Assembly (NCBI GenBank): GCA_003707115.1
Contig: PPNB01000001.1
Coordinates: 496,001-560,000, forward strand
DNA: 64,000 bases
From: Tortispora ganteri
Lineage: Eukaryota
Reading direction: 5' to 3'
Below, piece after piece: positions 8,719 to 20,300 of this stretch. The notes beneath the pieces are model-generated. The model made no database searches. It was not told the origin of the DNA and was given only the letters and a program-made list of their open reading frames with translations. The first letter of the stretch is position 1. Each line of letters begins with the position of its first letter. The translations under genes were made by a program, and so were the position numbers.

Positions 8719-11088
8719 ATGAGTAACCCCCCTTTTCCTCAATTAACCTCCCCCGATCCCCAGATAGAAGCTCCCTATGATCCAAACTTCACCTCCTCTT
8801 CGCACTCATACCAGTACCCAGCCCCACCTCAGAGCAACTCTGTCCCATACGCTGCAGACATGTACCCTCCTGACTACTCCTCGGGCTACGTAGTCCCCGC
8901 TCCTCAGTATGGCGGTTACTACTTCTATTCTTCTTATAACGCCTATCCGCAGTTTGTACCTTACACTATGACGTCCCAGCAGCAGCAGCCAAACTACAAT
9001 CAACAATATCAGTACCAGCAGTACTACCAGCAGCCGCAAATGCAGATGCAGATGCAGATGGCCATGAACCATCCAGACCCACAGAATATGCAGCAACAGA
9101 TGCATCAGATGCATCAGATGCGTCAAATGCAGCAAATGCAGTATGCCAACCAGCAACAGATGCAGAGCGGTCAGCGTCCAATGGATACTTCGCATTCACA
9201 GGGTTTTGTGCAACCCACTGATGCCGTCCAGACTCAGAATCTTTCAAACGCACAACAATCTTCTGCTATGTCTGTCTCTTCGAGATCTCACTCTCCGAGC
9301 TACCAGCCTGCAGTTAGTCGTGCAAAGCAGCAGAAACAGCAAAAACCTAATACCTCACAAAGAGACAATGATGCTGTCGATGTACGGTTCCAGGACTTAA
9401 AACTATCCTCCAATGTCATACTTCCTGGTGTTTCTGATCACGAAAACATCTCTATAGCGCCCTCAAGACGCCCTGGTAAGATGCGCTCGCGATACCTTCA
9501 AGTTTCCCATATCATGAAATTTGAACTCGTTGACCCTGCTGTGCCTGTTGCGAACGCTAAGCATGCTAGGCCTGCTAAAACTTCAAAATCGGCTAAACCT
9601 TGTGCCAACTCCCAATCTGCTGAACCTACTGCTTCCGTTAATTCTTATGCTTCTGCTGCATTGGCGAGCAAGCTTGCCCCTAATGATTCGCAGAGACTTG
9701 GCATCACCGGTGCTTCGGCCTCCGACTCTAACCAAGGTGTTTCTGGTGCTGCATCTTACAGCGATTCTGTAACGCCTGCTAAAACCGTTTACGATCCAAA
9801 GTTTTTGAATGCGATCCGCTCGTTCGATCCAACATACGACCCGATCACACTTGTCTCTCCGTTGGGTTTGGACAATAACAACAATACCTGCTTTATGAAT
9901 GCTGTTATGCAGGTATTGGTTCACTGTCCTCGTTTTTATACTCTGATTAGAGATTTAAGCGCTTTGAGTGCCTCTTCAAGGAAACCGCCATCGAAATCCT
10001 TGACTCCGGTGTTGGATGTGCTGGGCAAGTTTTTTGAAACCTACTACCAGACTTCTCGACGAAGACATAATTCGATGGATATTGATCCGAGCTATATTTT
10101 CAGAGACATTTTGAAAGCCGGCTCATTTGGCATGGAGTTTGGCGAGCAGCACGATTCTGCGGAGTTCCTGCTTTTACTGTTGGATCGAATTCACGAAGAG
10201 TTATTGTCTGTGCTTAAGACACAAGAGTCGCAGACGAATGGTGTTAACGGCACTACGACTAAAGCTTCTAGTGCTGGTGAAGGTGAATGGGCCAGCATAA
10301 GCTCTAAGAAGAATAAAATGGAGCATCAGTCTGTTGAGATGCTGAAAACTCCTATCTCTAGCATGTTCTTTGGCTCTTTCACATTTGATATTTCAATAAA
10401 AAACCGTCGCATACACTCTGAAGAACCATTTTCCGACCTGCCTGTGGACATATCCGACGACTCTATCGATACAGTAGAAGACGCTATAAGAGGCTTGTCT
10501 AAGCCGGAAGTTGTCGAAATGGGGTCTGACACCGGAAAGAAAGTTACTTTATTGTCGAAACTTCCCCTTATTCTTGTTGTTCAGCTGAAAAGATTTTTGT
10601 TTACAGTATCCCATGGTGCGTATCAATTGACGAAAATCAACAAGCAAGTGAAGTTTGGCCCCGAGTTGACGATTCCCGAAGAAGTTTTGTTAGATCACGA
10701 GCCTGGTGCGCCGCTGCCGCAGTACAAGCTTTTTGGTATTGTGTACCATCACGGTCGCAGCACTGACAGCGGCCACTATACTGCAGATGTCCTTGAACCT
10801 TCGCCTGGGTTGAAATCAAGTAACTGGATTCGTACGGACGATCAGTACACTATGCCGCTGAAGGGTTTTTTGCCGTACTACACAGGCGAAGAATCCAACA
10901 CTCAAGCACCTGTGCCTTTACCTGTTGTGAACCGAACTGTTGATACTGCTGAGACCGATGCGACTGAGTCATGGGCAGACCTTGACGATGAAGACGATTT
11001 AGAGGAAGGAGCTAAACCATCGCTGAACCGTGGTGCAGCTAACGAAAGCAAATCTGCGTACCTGTTGTTTTATCAGCGCATTGCCTGA
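8719..11088 (+). CDS. UBP3: Ubiquitin-specific protease, Ubp3/USP10 type
   Basis: Cys box GLDNNNNTCFMNAVMQ, QHDSAEFL, His box YHHG...GHYT, SAYLLFY; Q/Y/P-rich N-terminus. Confidence 0.85.
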   Translation: MSNPPFPQLTSPDPQIEAPYDPNFTSSSHSYQYPAPPQSNSVPYAADMYPPDYSSGYVVPAPQYGGYYFYSSYNAYPQFVPYTMTSQQQQPNYNQQYQYQQYYQQPQMQMQMQMAMNHPDPQNMQQQMHQMHQMRQMQQMQYANQQQMQSGQRPMDTSHSQGFVQPTDAVQTQNLSNAQQSSAMSVSSRSHSPSYQPAVSRAKQQKQQKPNTSQRDNDAVDVRFQDLKLSSNVILPGVSDHENISIAPSRRPGKMRSRYLQVSHIMKFELVDPAVPVANAKHARPAKTSKSAKPCANSQSAEPTASVNSYASAALASKLAPNDSQRLGITGASASDSNQGVSGAASYSDSVTPAKTVYDPKFLNAIRSFDPTYDPITLVSPLGLDNNNNTCFMNAVMQVLVHCPRFYTLIRDLSALSASSRKPPSKSLTPVLDVLGKFFETYYQTSRRRHNSMDIDPSYIFRDILKAGSFGMEFGEQHDSAEFLLLLLDRIHEELLSVLKTQESQTNGVNGTTTKASSAGEGEWASISSKKNKMEHQSVEMLKTPISSMFFGSFTFDISIKNRRIHSEEPFSDLPVDISDDSIDTVEDAIRGLSKPEVVEMGSDTGKKVTLLSKLPLILVVQLKRFLFTVSHGAYQLTKINKQVKFGPELTIPEEVLLDHEPGAPLPQYKLFGIVYHHGRSTDSGHYTADVLEPSPGLKSSNWIRTDDQYTMPLKGFLPYYTGEESNTQAPVPLPVVNRTVDTAETDATESWADLDDEDDLEEGAKPSLNRGAANESKSAYLLFYQRIA
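8975..9165 (+). repeat. Coding low-complexity Gln/Met repeats (ATGCAG and CAGATGCAT units)
   Basis: atgcagatgcagatgcagatg and cagatgcatcagatgcatcagatg inside the UBP3 N-terminus. Confidence 0.7.
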
Positions 11089-11283
11089 AGTAACGAAATG
11101 AAATGTGTACGAAAGTGTTCTAGAACTATTTGTAGATACCTCTTTGAGGACCTAATAACACCCGATATATGCGGGTGGGGGGCACTTACATGTGGGATGT
11201 ACACGCAACCTTGCGCATACCTCCAGAAGACAGGTCCTCTTCAAAAACGCAGTGAGCCTAGACTCACAATTAACCAATAAAAA

Positions 11284-13629
11284 ATGCGAGAAGAGTCGCC
11301 ACTGTTTGATATGCCTGAAGGACGAAGTGACGACGCCGATCCACGTGCGGATGGTGGGTCTAGCCTAAAACACAGACGCACGTCCACCGAGATTGCGCCT
11401 GATTCCGATGATCTAGACTCTAAAAGCGGCTTGGACGCCGTTACATACACTTACAGCAACTCATTTTCATCATATATATCTAATTTGTCTCTCTTAAAGC
11501 GCACTGACCGCAAGTCGCTGGCCCTAGCGGCCGCTGGTACACTACCGCTACTATACATACTGTACTCCATAGGGGTGCGGTTCTTCGTTGGTCTAGCAGT
11601 GGGTGGGCTTGTAGTATATCATTTATTTAGGACGCCATTTAGCACAGACTACATGTCTCGCCGTTTGAGAGACCGTTACGCGGCTGATCTCGACCTAGAA
11701 CCACCTACGTCGTCTCTGTCAACGCGCGCTCTCCTGGACTCTGTCCCGGAACAGTCAAGGTCTGCTCTCGTAGCCCTGCGCACAGCTTTCATCAAAGATT
11801 ATGTGTTATACTGGTATAAAGACCTATCAGCAGATAGCACGTTTCCTGACGCATGTGCGGCCATGATCGACGACTTTTTGGCGCGCCTGACCTCACGGTT
11901 TATGAACGGTCGTATAGTGGATACTATCCTACTCGGTGTCTTCTCTACATCATCCACAGTGCTTTCTTGTCTGCGCGAACTGCTAAACTTCAACAACTAT
12001 GGCGGTACACTTGACGCTTACTGCGACGAGAACCCGCAGTCGGTGTTTTCACATCTACTTAACGAACAGGATCAGCGCAAGAACATGCAGCGTGCGGCAC
12101 GCGAGTTCCTACAAGCATTCGTCGGCGTGGAGTACATGAACTGCCCTCCTATGGCGCACTTCTCACGCGAAATGTTCGTCAGCTACGTCTTATTACCTGT
12201 AATTGATCTGCTCGGCGATCCCGATTACATAAACAGCCTTATCATTGACATGCTATCTACCGAGTCTACGTCCTTTCCATTGACAGTCACTGAGTCTCAA
12301 GGAGCTGCAGTTTCTGTTGCTGCTATTGACAACACGCTAAAACCAAATTGTGAAACAGACTCAGATAGTGTGCTGAAAGACCCTGCTACCGATACGCCCT
12401 CGGTCCAGTTTACGGACTCTAGCAGCGATTTGCCGTATGTACTACATGCCACTATCTCTGTTGCGCCTCTAGACCCTTCAAATACTGCGAGACTACAGTT
12501 CAATAAGCTTGCGAGCCAGTTCAACAGGAAGTTTGATCCTGAGTTCGTCATTTCAGTACAGATTCTTCAGGAATACTCATCGAGCGAGGGCGGCTGGATC
12601 GTCATGAAGGACTATAATGCATTCAAACAGCTCGACTACATAGTGACAAAGATTGCACACATTTCTGGCGCTATAAGCGTCCCTATTCTTCCTGAAATCA
12701 AAGCAAGCACGACTCCTATGGATAACGCAACCAAGCTGGAGATATACCTGAACAAGATCGTGAACATCCCCGAGATTGCGTCTAGCGAAGCGGTACGGCG
12801 GTTTCTCGCCAAAGGCGGGACCTCAAAGCCGGAAGACTCGTTCATGATCACCGCCATGCCGAAACTGGTTGATTTCTCTGTTGTTGGCGAGAATCTAAAA
12901 GACGCGTTCAACAAGTCTCCGCTCGCGAAGCTTGAGGGCACGATGTTCGATGCCAGACGGAAATCATTAGACAACACGTCGGTGAGCAATTCGAGGAGTA
13001 GCAGCCCTGTACGGGACGTTGTAGTAGATTCAGCAGATACCTCTACTATCGCTGTACCGAGGCCTATGATCTCCTCTGCAAGAATATCTGAGACTGAAGC
13101 TGCGGTCGAACAGTTAGCCGTTAGCGCGCAGAACGACGATACACAGCGATTGGAGTTCACTGACGAAGAGGTCCAATACGCGGTGGACATATACTTCGGA
13201 GTTTTGTATGAACTTCTTTCTCTCGGGAATGCATGGTCAATTAGAAAAACGATGCTTTCTGTGATACGGGAAGCAGTTTTCCGGAACTCTACGCTGTCGC
13301 TTGGAGGGATTCGTCAGTACATGAACAAGACGCTACAGGAGTCGTTCAACGACAAGAACGTAGCGAAGGTATTGAACGACTTGAAGTTTAAAATATTTGA
13401 GGCACATGAAGCGGTAGAGGTTACGCAGGTCGAGAAAGAAAAAAGACTTATGAAAGCTCGCGATCTGTTTGTGAAGCAAGGTGTGCCCGAGGCTGTAAGG
13501 GCAGTATTGGGTGCGAGATCATGTGAACAAGCACTGGAAGTAGTGTTCGAGGCTATACAGGACAAAAAATTGTGTCGTGGATTTGCTACAGTATTAGTTC
13601 TTGATGTTATTAGATCTATTTTACAATGA
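11284..13629 (+). CDS. PXA / PX-like / Nexin_C domain protein (sorting nexin SNX13/14/19-like)
   Basis: N-terminal TM segments; PXA motif IKDYVLYWYKDLS; PX-like GWIVMKDYNAFKQLD...RRFL; Nexin_C-like C-terminus. Confidence 0.75.
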   Translation: MREESPLFDMPEGRSDDADPRADGGSSLKHRRTSTEIAPDSDDLDSKSGLDAVTYTYSNSFSSYISNLSLLKRTDRKSLALAAAGTLPLLYILYSIGVRFFVGLAVGGLVVYHLFRTPFSTDYMSRRLRDRYAADLDLEPPTSSLSTRALLDSVPEQSRSALVALRTAFIKDYVLYWYKDLSADSTFPDACAAMIDDFLARLTSRFMNGRIVDTILLGVFSTSSTVLSCLRELLNFNNYGGTLDAYCDENPQSVFSHLLNEQDQRKNMQRAAREFLQAFVGVEYMNCPPMAHFSREMFVSYVLLPVIDLLGDPDYINSLIIDMLSTESTSFPLTVTESQGAAVSVAAIDNTLKPNCETDSDSVLKDPATDTPSVQFTDSSSDLPYVLHATISVAPLDPSNTARLQFNKLASQFNRKFDPEFVISVQILQEYSSSEGGWIVMKDYNAFKQLDYIVTKIAHISGAISVPILPEIKASTTPMDNATKLEIYLNKIVNIPEIASSEAVRRFLAKGGTSKPEDSFMITAMPKLVDFSVVGENLKDAFNKSPLAKLEGTMFDARRKSLDNTSVSNSRSSSPVRDVVVDSADTSTIAVPRPMISSARISETEAAVEQLAVSAQNDDTQRLEFTDEEVQYAVDIYFGVLYELLSLGNAWSIRKTMLSVIREAVFRNSTLSLGGIRQYMNKTLQESFNDKNVAKVLNDLKFKIFEAHEAVEVTQVEKEKRLMKARDLFVKQGVPEAVRAVLGARSCEQALEVVFEAIQDKKLCRGFATVLVLDVIRSILQ

Positions 13630-13835
13630 TCTTTACATGATTTGAGCTATGATTGCTAGCAAGCATAAAAATGGTGATCCTTGCTTTTTATAAGCAGTAA
13701 TAAATTCCTCCCAATGAGGCGAACCTTTTCCTGTGTTCACTTACTTGCATCCCACCTTTTGCGCGAAAAGTCAGCGAGAACAGGCGCGCGAAGGCCGGCT
13801 GTTCTTATTTTGCTGCTAGAGCGTTTGGTCTGGAG

Positions 13836-14874
13836 ATGAAAGGTCCAAAAAATAAGAGAGAACGGCGTTATGTGGCTATGAAAAGTGTGAGCGTCGTATT
13901 GACTCTCGTCACAGCTTACTCTGCCTATGTATACATTGGCAGACTATCATGTAAGTAGTTTCAAACTTTTCTCCAAAAGAGATAACGATCTAACTATAGA
14001 CTCATATATTTATCGGCATGTCAGTAAAGTCAAGGGCGGAGCGTTCATCGGCGTCTCAGTGCTGGAACTACTCATCGTGCTTGTATGCTTCGTGCGCATA
14101 TGCGTAGAAGGCCCCGGCCTACTTGATCGCAAATGGGCAGACTTCGAAAAACCATACGCGGGCAACGGATACGATGTTGATGCGCCAGACGCATTTATTT
14201 GCGAACAGGACGGTAGACCACGCTGGTGCCATGTGTGCACGAAACACAAACCTGACAGGGCTCACCATTCGTCCGAGATCGGCAAATGCGTCCTCAAAAT
14301 GGACCATTACTGTCAGTATCTCGGTAAAGTGATTGGCTACTCGAACTACAGGTTTTTCTGGGTCATGTTGCTGCACGCCGTCGTATTGCTACTCTTCTGG
14401 ATCACTACAACTAGCTATTATTTGGCTGTACTGGTGAGAGACGGTATAGTTGAGGGATTTGTCATATCTTCACTCGTGATAGAAACATTAGTGCTGTTTG
14501 GCGCAGCTGGTCTGTTTTTTCAGCACTGTTACATGATATCTGTCAACAAAACAACAATCGAGTACATGTCTCCACATTACCAATACTTCATAAACCTGAA
14601 GCTGGATGATGAATTCAATTCTCGTGTGGTGGTGTTCACTGAACCCGGAGGCAATCCCTGGACTATCGGCTTGCTCAATAACTGGAAATCCGTATTTGGA
14701 AGTAACCCCTTGAACTACGTACTGCCTATATCGCGCCCCTCTGACGATGGAATGCATTTTGCCTACAACCAAAAACTGCTCAATCAATTGAAATCGAACT
14801 ACTTACAGAGCGTTCAACAACCGCCATGGGTCACAACGACGCCAACCGATCCAGCACAATCAGAATCTTCATGA
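13836..14874 (+). CDS. PFA5: DHHC-family palmitoyltransferase (DHYC variant); exons 13836-13950 and 14000-14874
   Basis: KPDRAHHSS...KMDHYC and NKTTIE motifs; 49-nt intron 13951-13999 (GTAAGT...CTAAC TATAG) joins MKGPKNK...GRLS in frame. Confidence 0.8.
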
Positions 14875-15264
14875 TACGCTGTGTCGGTATGTATTTATTC
14901 TAGCTGTTTCAACGCACGCGCGTTATGATGCTCTTTGAGCGTTTAATTATTCACAACCAACCACCAACCGCAAACCCGCGCCCTTCCACCAATCGAAAAG
15001 CCATTGGCCGAACCGGCAAATAAGCATTTACTCTGCCTATTCAAAATAACTATAACGAATTACCATACTCACTTATCGACCTGGCCACGTAAGCTGTATC
15101 TGCTAAGCCATCAATAGAAAAATCGCGATCTTGTGAATACCCTAACCTTATTACTCGATTAGGAAAGTTCCCAGCTTCAAGCGGTGGGCGGAAAAGCCCT
15201 GCACCGGGTGCGTATTCTGCTTGTACATATATAGGGACCTGCTATATTTTGGTGAACCAGGATT

Positions 15265-17203
15265 ATGGAAGCTGTAAGAATACAGGTAAGTGGACTAAAA
15301 CTGACGCATATTTTAGATTCAATGCTAACCCATTCTATAGAGAAAATTTCCGTCTCTCTCGCAGGAAGATGTCTTCCAATTGATATCACGATTCCAACAG
15401 ATTGATGTAGATGACAAGGGCTGGGTAGACAAACAAGAGGCTGTCAAGGCCGTCGTTGACAGCGAGCGAAGCTCATATGATGCCGTTCGGGAGACATTAA
15501 AAGATGTTGCTGTTGATGCTAGCGGCCGCGTAGAACTTGAAGATTACGTGGAATTGGTGTCAAAAATCCGCAAGGGGGCTGGACAAAGTGGTTCAGGCGC
15601 CTCTGTAGGTGGATCACCGCAGAAAGACAGAATTGTGGTAGCGGGCTCTTCGGCTGGAATAACGCACACTATTAACGAGGAAGAACGATCTGAATTCACG
15701 CGTCATATTAATTCCGTACTTGCCGGAGATCCAGATATTGGCTCCAGATTGCCTATTCCCACCGAAAGTTTCCAAATCTTCGACGAGTGCAGAGATGGCC
15801 TGGTGCTGGCCAAGCTAATTAACGATTCTGTGCCCGAGACGATCGACGACCGTGTTTTGAACAAACCTCGTGCCAACAAATCCCTAAATCCTTTTACTAT
15901 GACCGAAAACGCCAATATGGTAATCAACTCTGCCAAGGCTATCGGCTGCGTCGTCGTAAACGTTCATGCTGACGATATCATTGACGGCCGCGAACACCTA
16001 GTCCTAGGTCTTATTTGGCAGATTATTCGCCGTGGTTTGCTCGGCAAGATCGACATCAAGCTCCATCCGGAACTGTATCGACTTCTCGAGGAAGACGAGA
16101 CTCTAGAACAGTTCTTGAGGCTTCCCCCAGAGCAGATACTACTGCGTTGGTTCAACTACCATTTAAAAGCAGCAAAATGGCACCGCAGAGTTGGAAACTT
16201 CTCGAGCGATGTGATGGATGGCGAGAATTATACGGTGCTTCTAAATCAGCTGAAGCCCGACGAGTGTTCTCTGGCTCCACTCGACACATCTGATTTGCTT
16301 CAGCGGGCGAACCAGGTCCTTGACAATGCCGAGAAGATTGGATGCCGTAAATATCTAACACCTACTGCTTTGGTTGCAGGAAATCCTAAACTGAATCTGG
16401 CGTTTGTTGCGCATCTATTCAATACCTGGCCCGGACTGGATCCTATCACGGAGGAAGAAAAGGTTGACGTTGAAGACTTTGATGCCGAAGGAGAACGTGA
16501 AGCGCGTGTTTTTACACTGTGGCTGAACTCGCTAGAAGTCGATCCGGCGGTTGTGAGTCTGTACGACGACCTACAGGACGGTACTGTGTTGTTGCAAGCG
16601 TTTGAAAAGGTTATACCGGGATCTGTAAACCCCCGCCATGTCAACAAGCGGCCTACTAACGGAAACGAAATGTCACGATTCAAGCAAGTTGAAAACACTA
16701 ACTATGCCGTTGAGCTGGGCAAACAGAACCGTTTCTCTTTAGTAGGTATCCAGGGCGCCGACATCACAGACGGCCAGAAGACTTTGACTCTAGGACTTGT
16801 TTGGCAGCTAATGCGCAGGAACATTGTCGAGACATTGAAAAGTCTTTCTAAAGGTGGACGTGAGATTACTGATGCTGATATGTTGAAATGGGCACAGGAT
16901 ATGGCCGCAAAGGGCGGCAAGTCGTCTACTATCAGGTCGTTCAAAGACCCGAGTCTCGCTTCAGGAGTGTTTCTACTGGACGTGTTGCACGGTCTTAAAC
17001 CCGGGTATGTTGATTATGATCTTGTAACTCCTGGAAAAACTGACGAAGATAAGTACCTTAATGCTAAACTTGCGATTTCGATTGCTCGCAAACTAGGAGC
17101 ACTTATCTGGCTTGTTCCTGAAGATATTGTTGAAGTACGCAGTCGTTTGATCTTGACATTTATTGGTTCACTGATGTCACTACACTATTCTGGAGCTGCA
17201 TAA
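15265..17203 (+). CDS. SAC6: Fimbrin; exons 15265-15285 and 15341-17203
   Basis: EF-hand plus four CH domains; 55-nt intron 15286-15340 (GTAAGT...GCTAAC...TAG) gives MEAVRIQ|RKFPSLSQEDVF. Confidence 0.95.
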
Positions 17204-17386
17204 GTGTTTTGTTTACTTTTTTTTTTCCAGCTGATCATTGCTTTTTTGTAAAATACAAAAATTAAAAAACTACATTGATTAGTCATAAATTACTGCCATA
17301 TAGAAATCTCCAAAACCCATTTAGTCCTTATAACTGTAGTTTCGCGGAAATTGGGACTCAACTACTAACAAATCACCACACATTCA

Positions 17387-20300
17387 ATGATTCGTATAGC
17401 TATTGATCGAGGAGGTACTTTTACTGATTGTATTGCTACAAAAGAGGGAGAACCTGATTTTATATTGAAATTATTATCGGTAGACCCATCTAATTATGAT
17501 GACGCGCCTCGTGAAGCTATCCGTCGGGTACTGGAACACTTCACACATCGCAAAATTAGCCGTCATGACAAGCTCGATACTTCAGAGATCGAATCGATCA
17601 GAATGGGCACTACAGTGGCAACTAATGCCCTTTTGGAACGTAAGGGTGAGCGCTGTGCTTTACTAGTAACTAAAGGGTTCAAAGACTTGCTCGAAATTGG
17701 CGACCAGTCACGTCCAGATATCTTCGATCTTGAAATACACAAACCGGAAGTGCTCTACGAGAAAGTTATTGAGATCGACGAACGCGTGACTCTTGTTGAT
17801 TACGCAGAAGACCCGCTAAAATTGAAGACTCTCGCTACTGATGGACTTGTTGAAGGAGTCACCGGCGAAACGCTTAAAGTATTACGGGCTCCAGATCTCA
17901 ACCAGGTGCGTTCTATTCTCACACAACTTAAGCAGGAAAATTTCAATTCTATTGCTATATGCTTTATGCACAGCTACGCATTTCCCGACCATGAAAAACA
18001 GGTTGCGCAAGTTGCCGAGGAATTGCATATCCCTTATATCACTATGTCCAGCAAACTCATGCCCATGATCAAGATCGTCCCCCGTGCAAACTCTGCCGTC
18101 GCAGATGCGTACCTCACCCCTGAAATTGAGAAGTATACAAAAGGGTTTATTTCGGGGTTTAAGGGCTTACTAGGTGTCGGCTCCTCCACTAGATGCGAGT
18201 TCATGCAGTCAGATGGGGGTCTTGTCGACATGGGATCTGTATCTGGACTTCGAGCTATATTATCTGGTCCGGCAGGTGGAGTAGTAGGCTATGCCCTTAC
18301 TTCGTTTGATGAAGATGTCAGAAAACCAGTTATAGGGTTTGATATGGGCGGCACTTCAACCGATGTGTCCAGGTTCGGTGATGGAAAGTTTGAGCACGTC
18401 TTCGAAACTACCACAGCCGGTATTACGATCCAGAGCCCACAGCTTGATATCAATACTGTTGCAGCAGGCGGTGGAAGTCGTTTATTTTGGCAGAACGGCC
18501 TTTTTGTTGTCGGCCCTGAGTCCGCAGGTGCTCATCCTGGCCCCACCTGCTACCGCAAAGGCGGTCCTCTGACTGTCACAGATGCTAACCTGGTGCTCGG
18601 CAGACTCGTTCCTGAAATGTTTCCTAAGATATTCGGCCCAAACGAAAACGAGGGTCTGGATATAGCCGCATCATTATCTGAGTTTGAAAAGCTAACAACG
18701 AGAATCAACAACGACATGCGCGCTCAAGGGCTAGCTGAAAAATCCATTTATGAAGTGGCTCTAGGGTTCATAAAGGTTGCCAATGAGGCTATGGCACGTC
18801 CTATCAGATCACTGACAGAATCTAAAGGCTACGATATCCCGTCTCATCGGCTTGCTACGTTCGGTGGTGCTGGCGGTCAGCATGCCGTTGCAATTGCCAG
18901 GTCTCTAGGAGTATCGGAAGTGTTGGTACACAAATATAGCTCTATTTTAAGTGCTTACGGCATGGCTTTAGCTGATGTCGTTGAAGAGAACCAGGAACCA
19001 AGTTCTGGCGTCTATAGCGACGAAACAGCTTCGCACTACGATGAACGCTTAAAGGCTTTATGTGCGCTCGGAGAAAAAAGCCTGCTTGCGCAGGGCTTTG
19101 ATATGCAGCATATAGAACATGAGTTGTATCTCAATATGCGCTACAAGGGAGCCGAGTCTGCTCTCATGATAGGACAGCCTCCTGCAGGAACTAGCTATAC
19201 CGAGGCGTTTATCGAGCGGCACAGAAACGAGTTCGGATTTATATTCCCAGGAAAGGACATTATCGTGGACGACATTCGTGCAAGATCGATTGGAAAGGCA
19301 GAATACCGCAAAGAGAAGTCTGCAGACAAGCAACTAGAGTCTATATCTTTTAAAGAAGTCGATGGCGCATTGGCGAGCGAAATAGCAGATGTGTTCTTTG
19401 ATTGCGGGTTTGCAAAAACGCCTATATACTATTTATCTGATCTCTCTAAGGGAACAGTAATTCGAGGACCGGCTATTGTTGCTGACAAAACGCAAACTAT
19501 TCTCATAGAACCGGGCTCTTCTGCGCATATACTTGAAACCTGCGTCTACATAACGCTCAAGGAACGGAATGCTAAGCAAGACGACACTAATTTTGACAAG
19601 GTTGAGATTGATCCAGTACTGTTGAGTATCTTTGGCCACAGATTCATGGCTATAGCTGAACAGATGGGTAGGTCACTCCGAAAGACTGCGGTTAGCACCA
19701 ACGTGAAGGAACGGCTTGATTACTCGTGCGCATTGTTTGATGCTGACGGTGGATTAGTTGCCAACGCGCCCCATGTGCCTGTGCATTTGGGGTCGATGTC
19801 GACTGCAGTGCGAACCCAGGCTGAAATCTGGAAAGGAAAGCTTGAACCAGGAGACGTTATTGTTTCGAACCATCCTAATACTGGTGGGACACATCTTCCT
19901 GACGTTACTGTGATTTCTCCGTCGTTCTATGACGGACAGATACTTTTCTATGTGGCTTCTCGTGCGCACCATGCAGATATAGGCGGAATCTTGCCAGGAT
20001 CAATGCCGCCGTCTAGTAAAGAACTGTACGAAGAAGGCGCTGCCTTATTGAGTGAGAAGATTGTGCACAAAGGGAAATTCGATGAGGACCGGATTAGAGA
20101 GCTCTTCTTGGAAGAACCCGCCAAGTACCCAGGCTGCAGCGGTTCCAGGAGGTTTGCAGACAATCTTTCGGACTTGAAAGCTCAAATTGCTGCAAACCAC
20201 AAGGGAATTGCTCTGCTGGAAGGGCTGATGCACGAATACGGACTAACAACAGTATCTAGCTATATGAAAGCTATCCAAGAGAACGCTGAAATGGCAGTGA

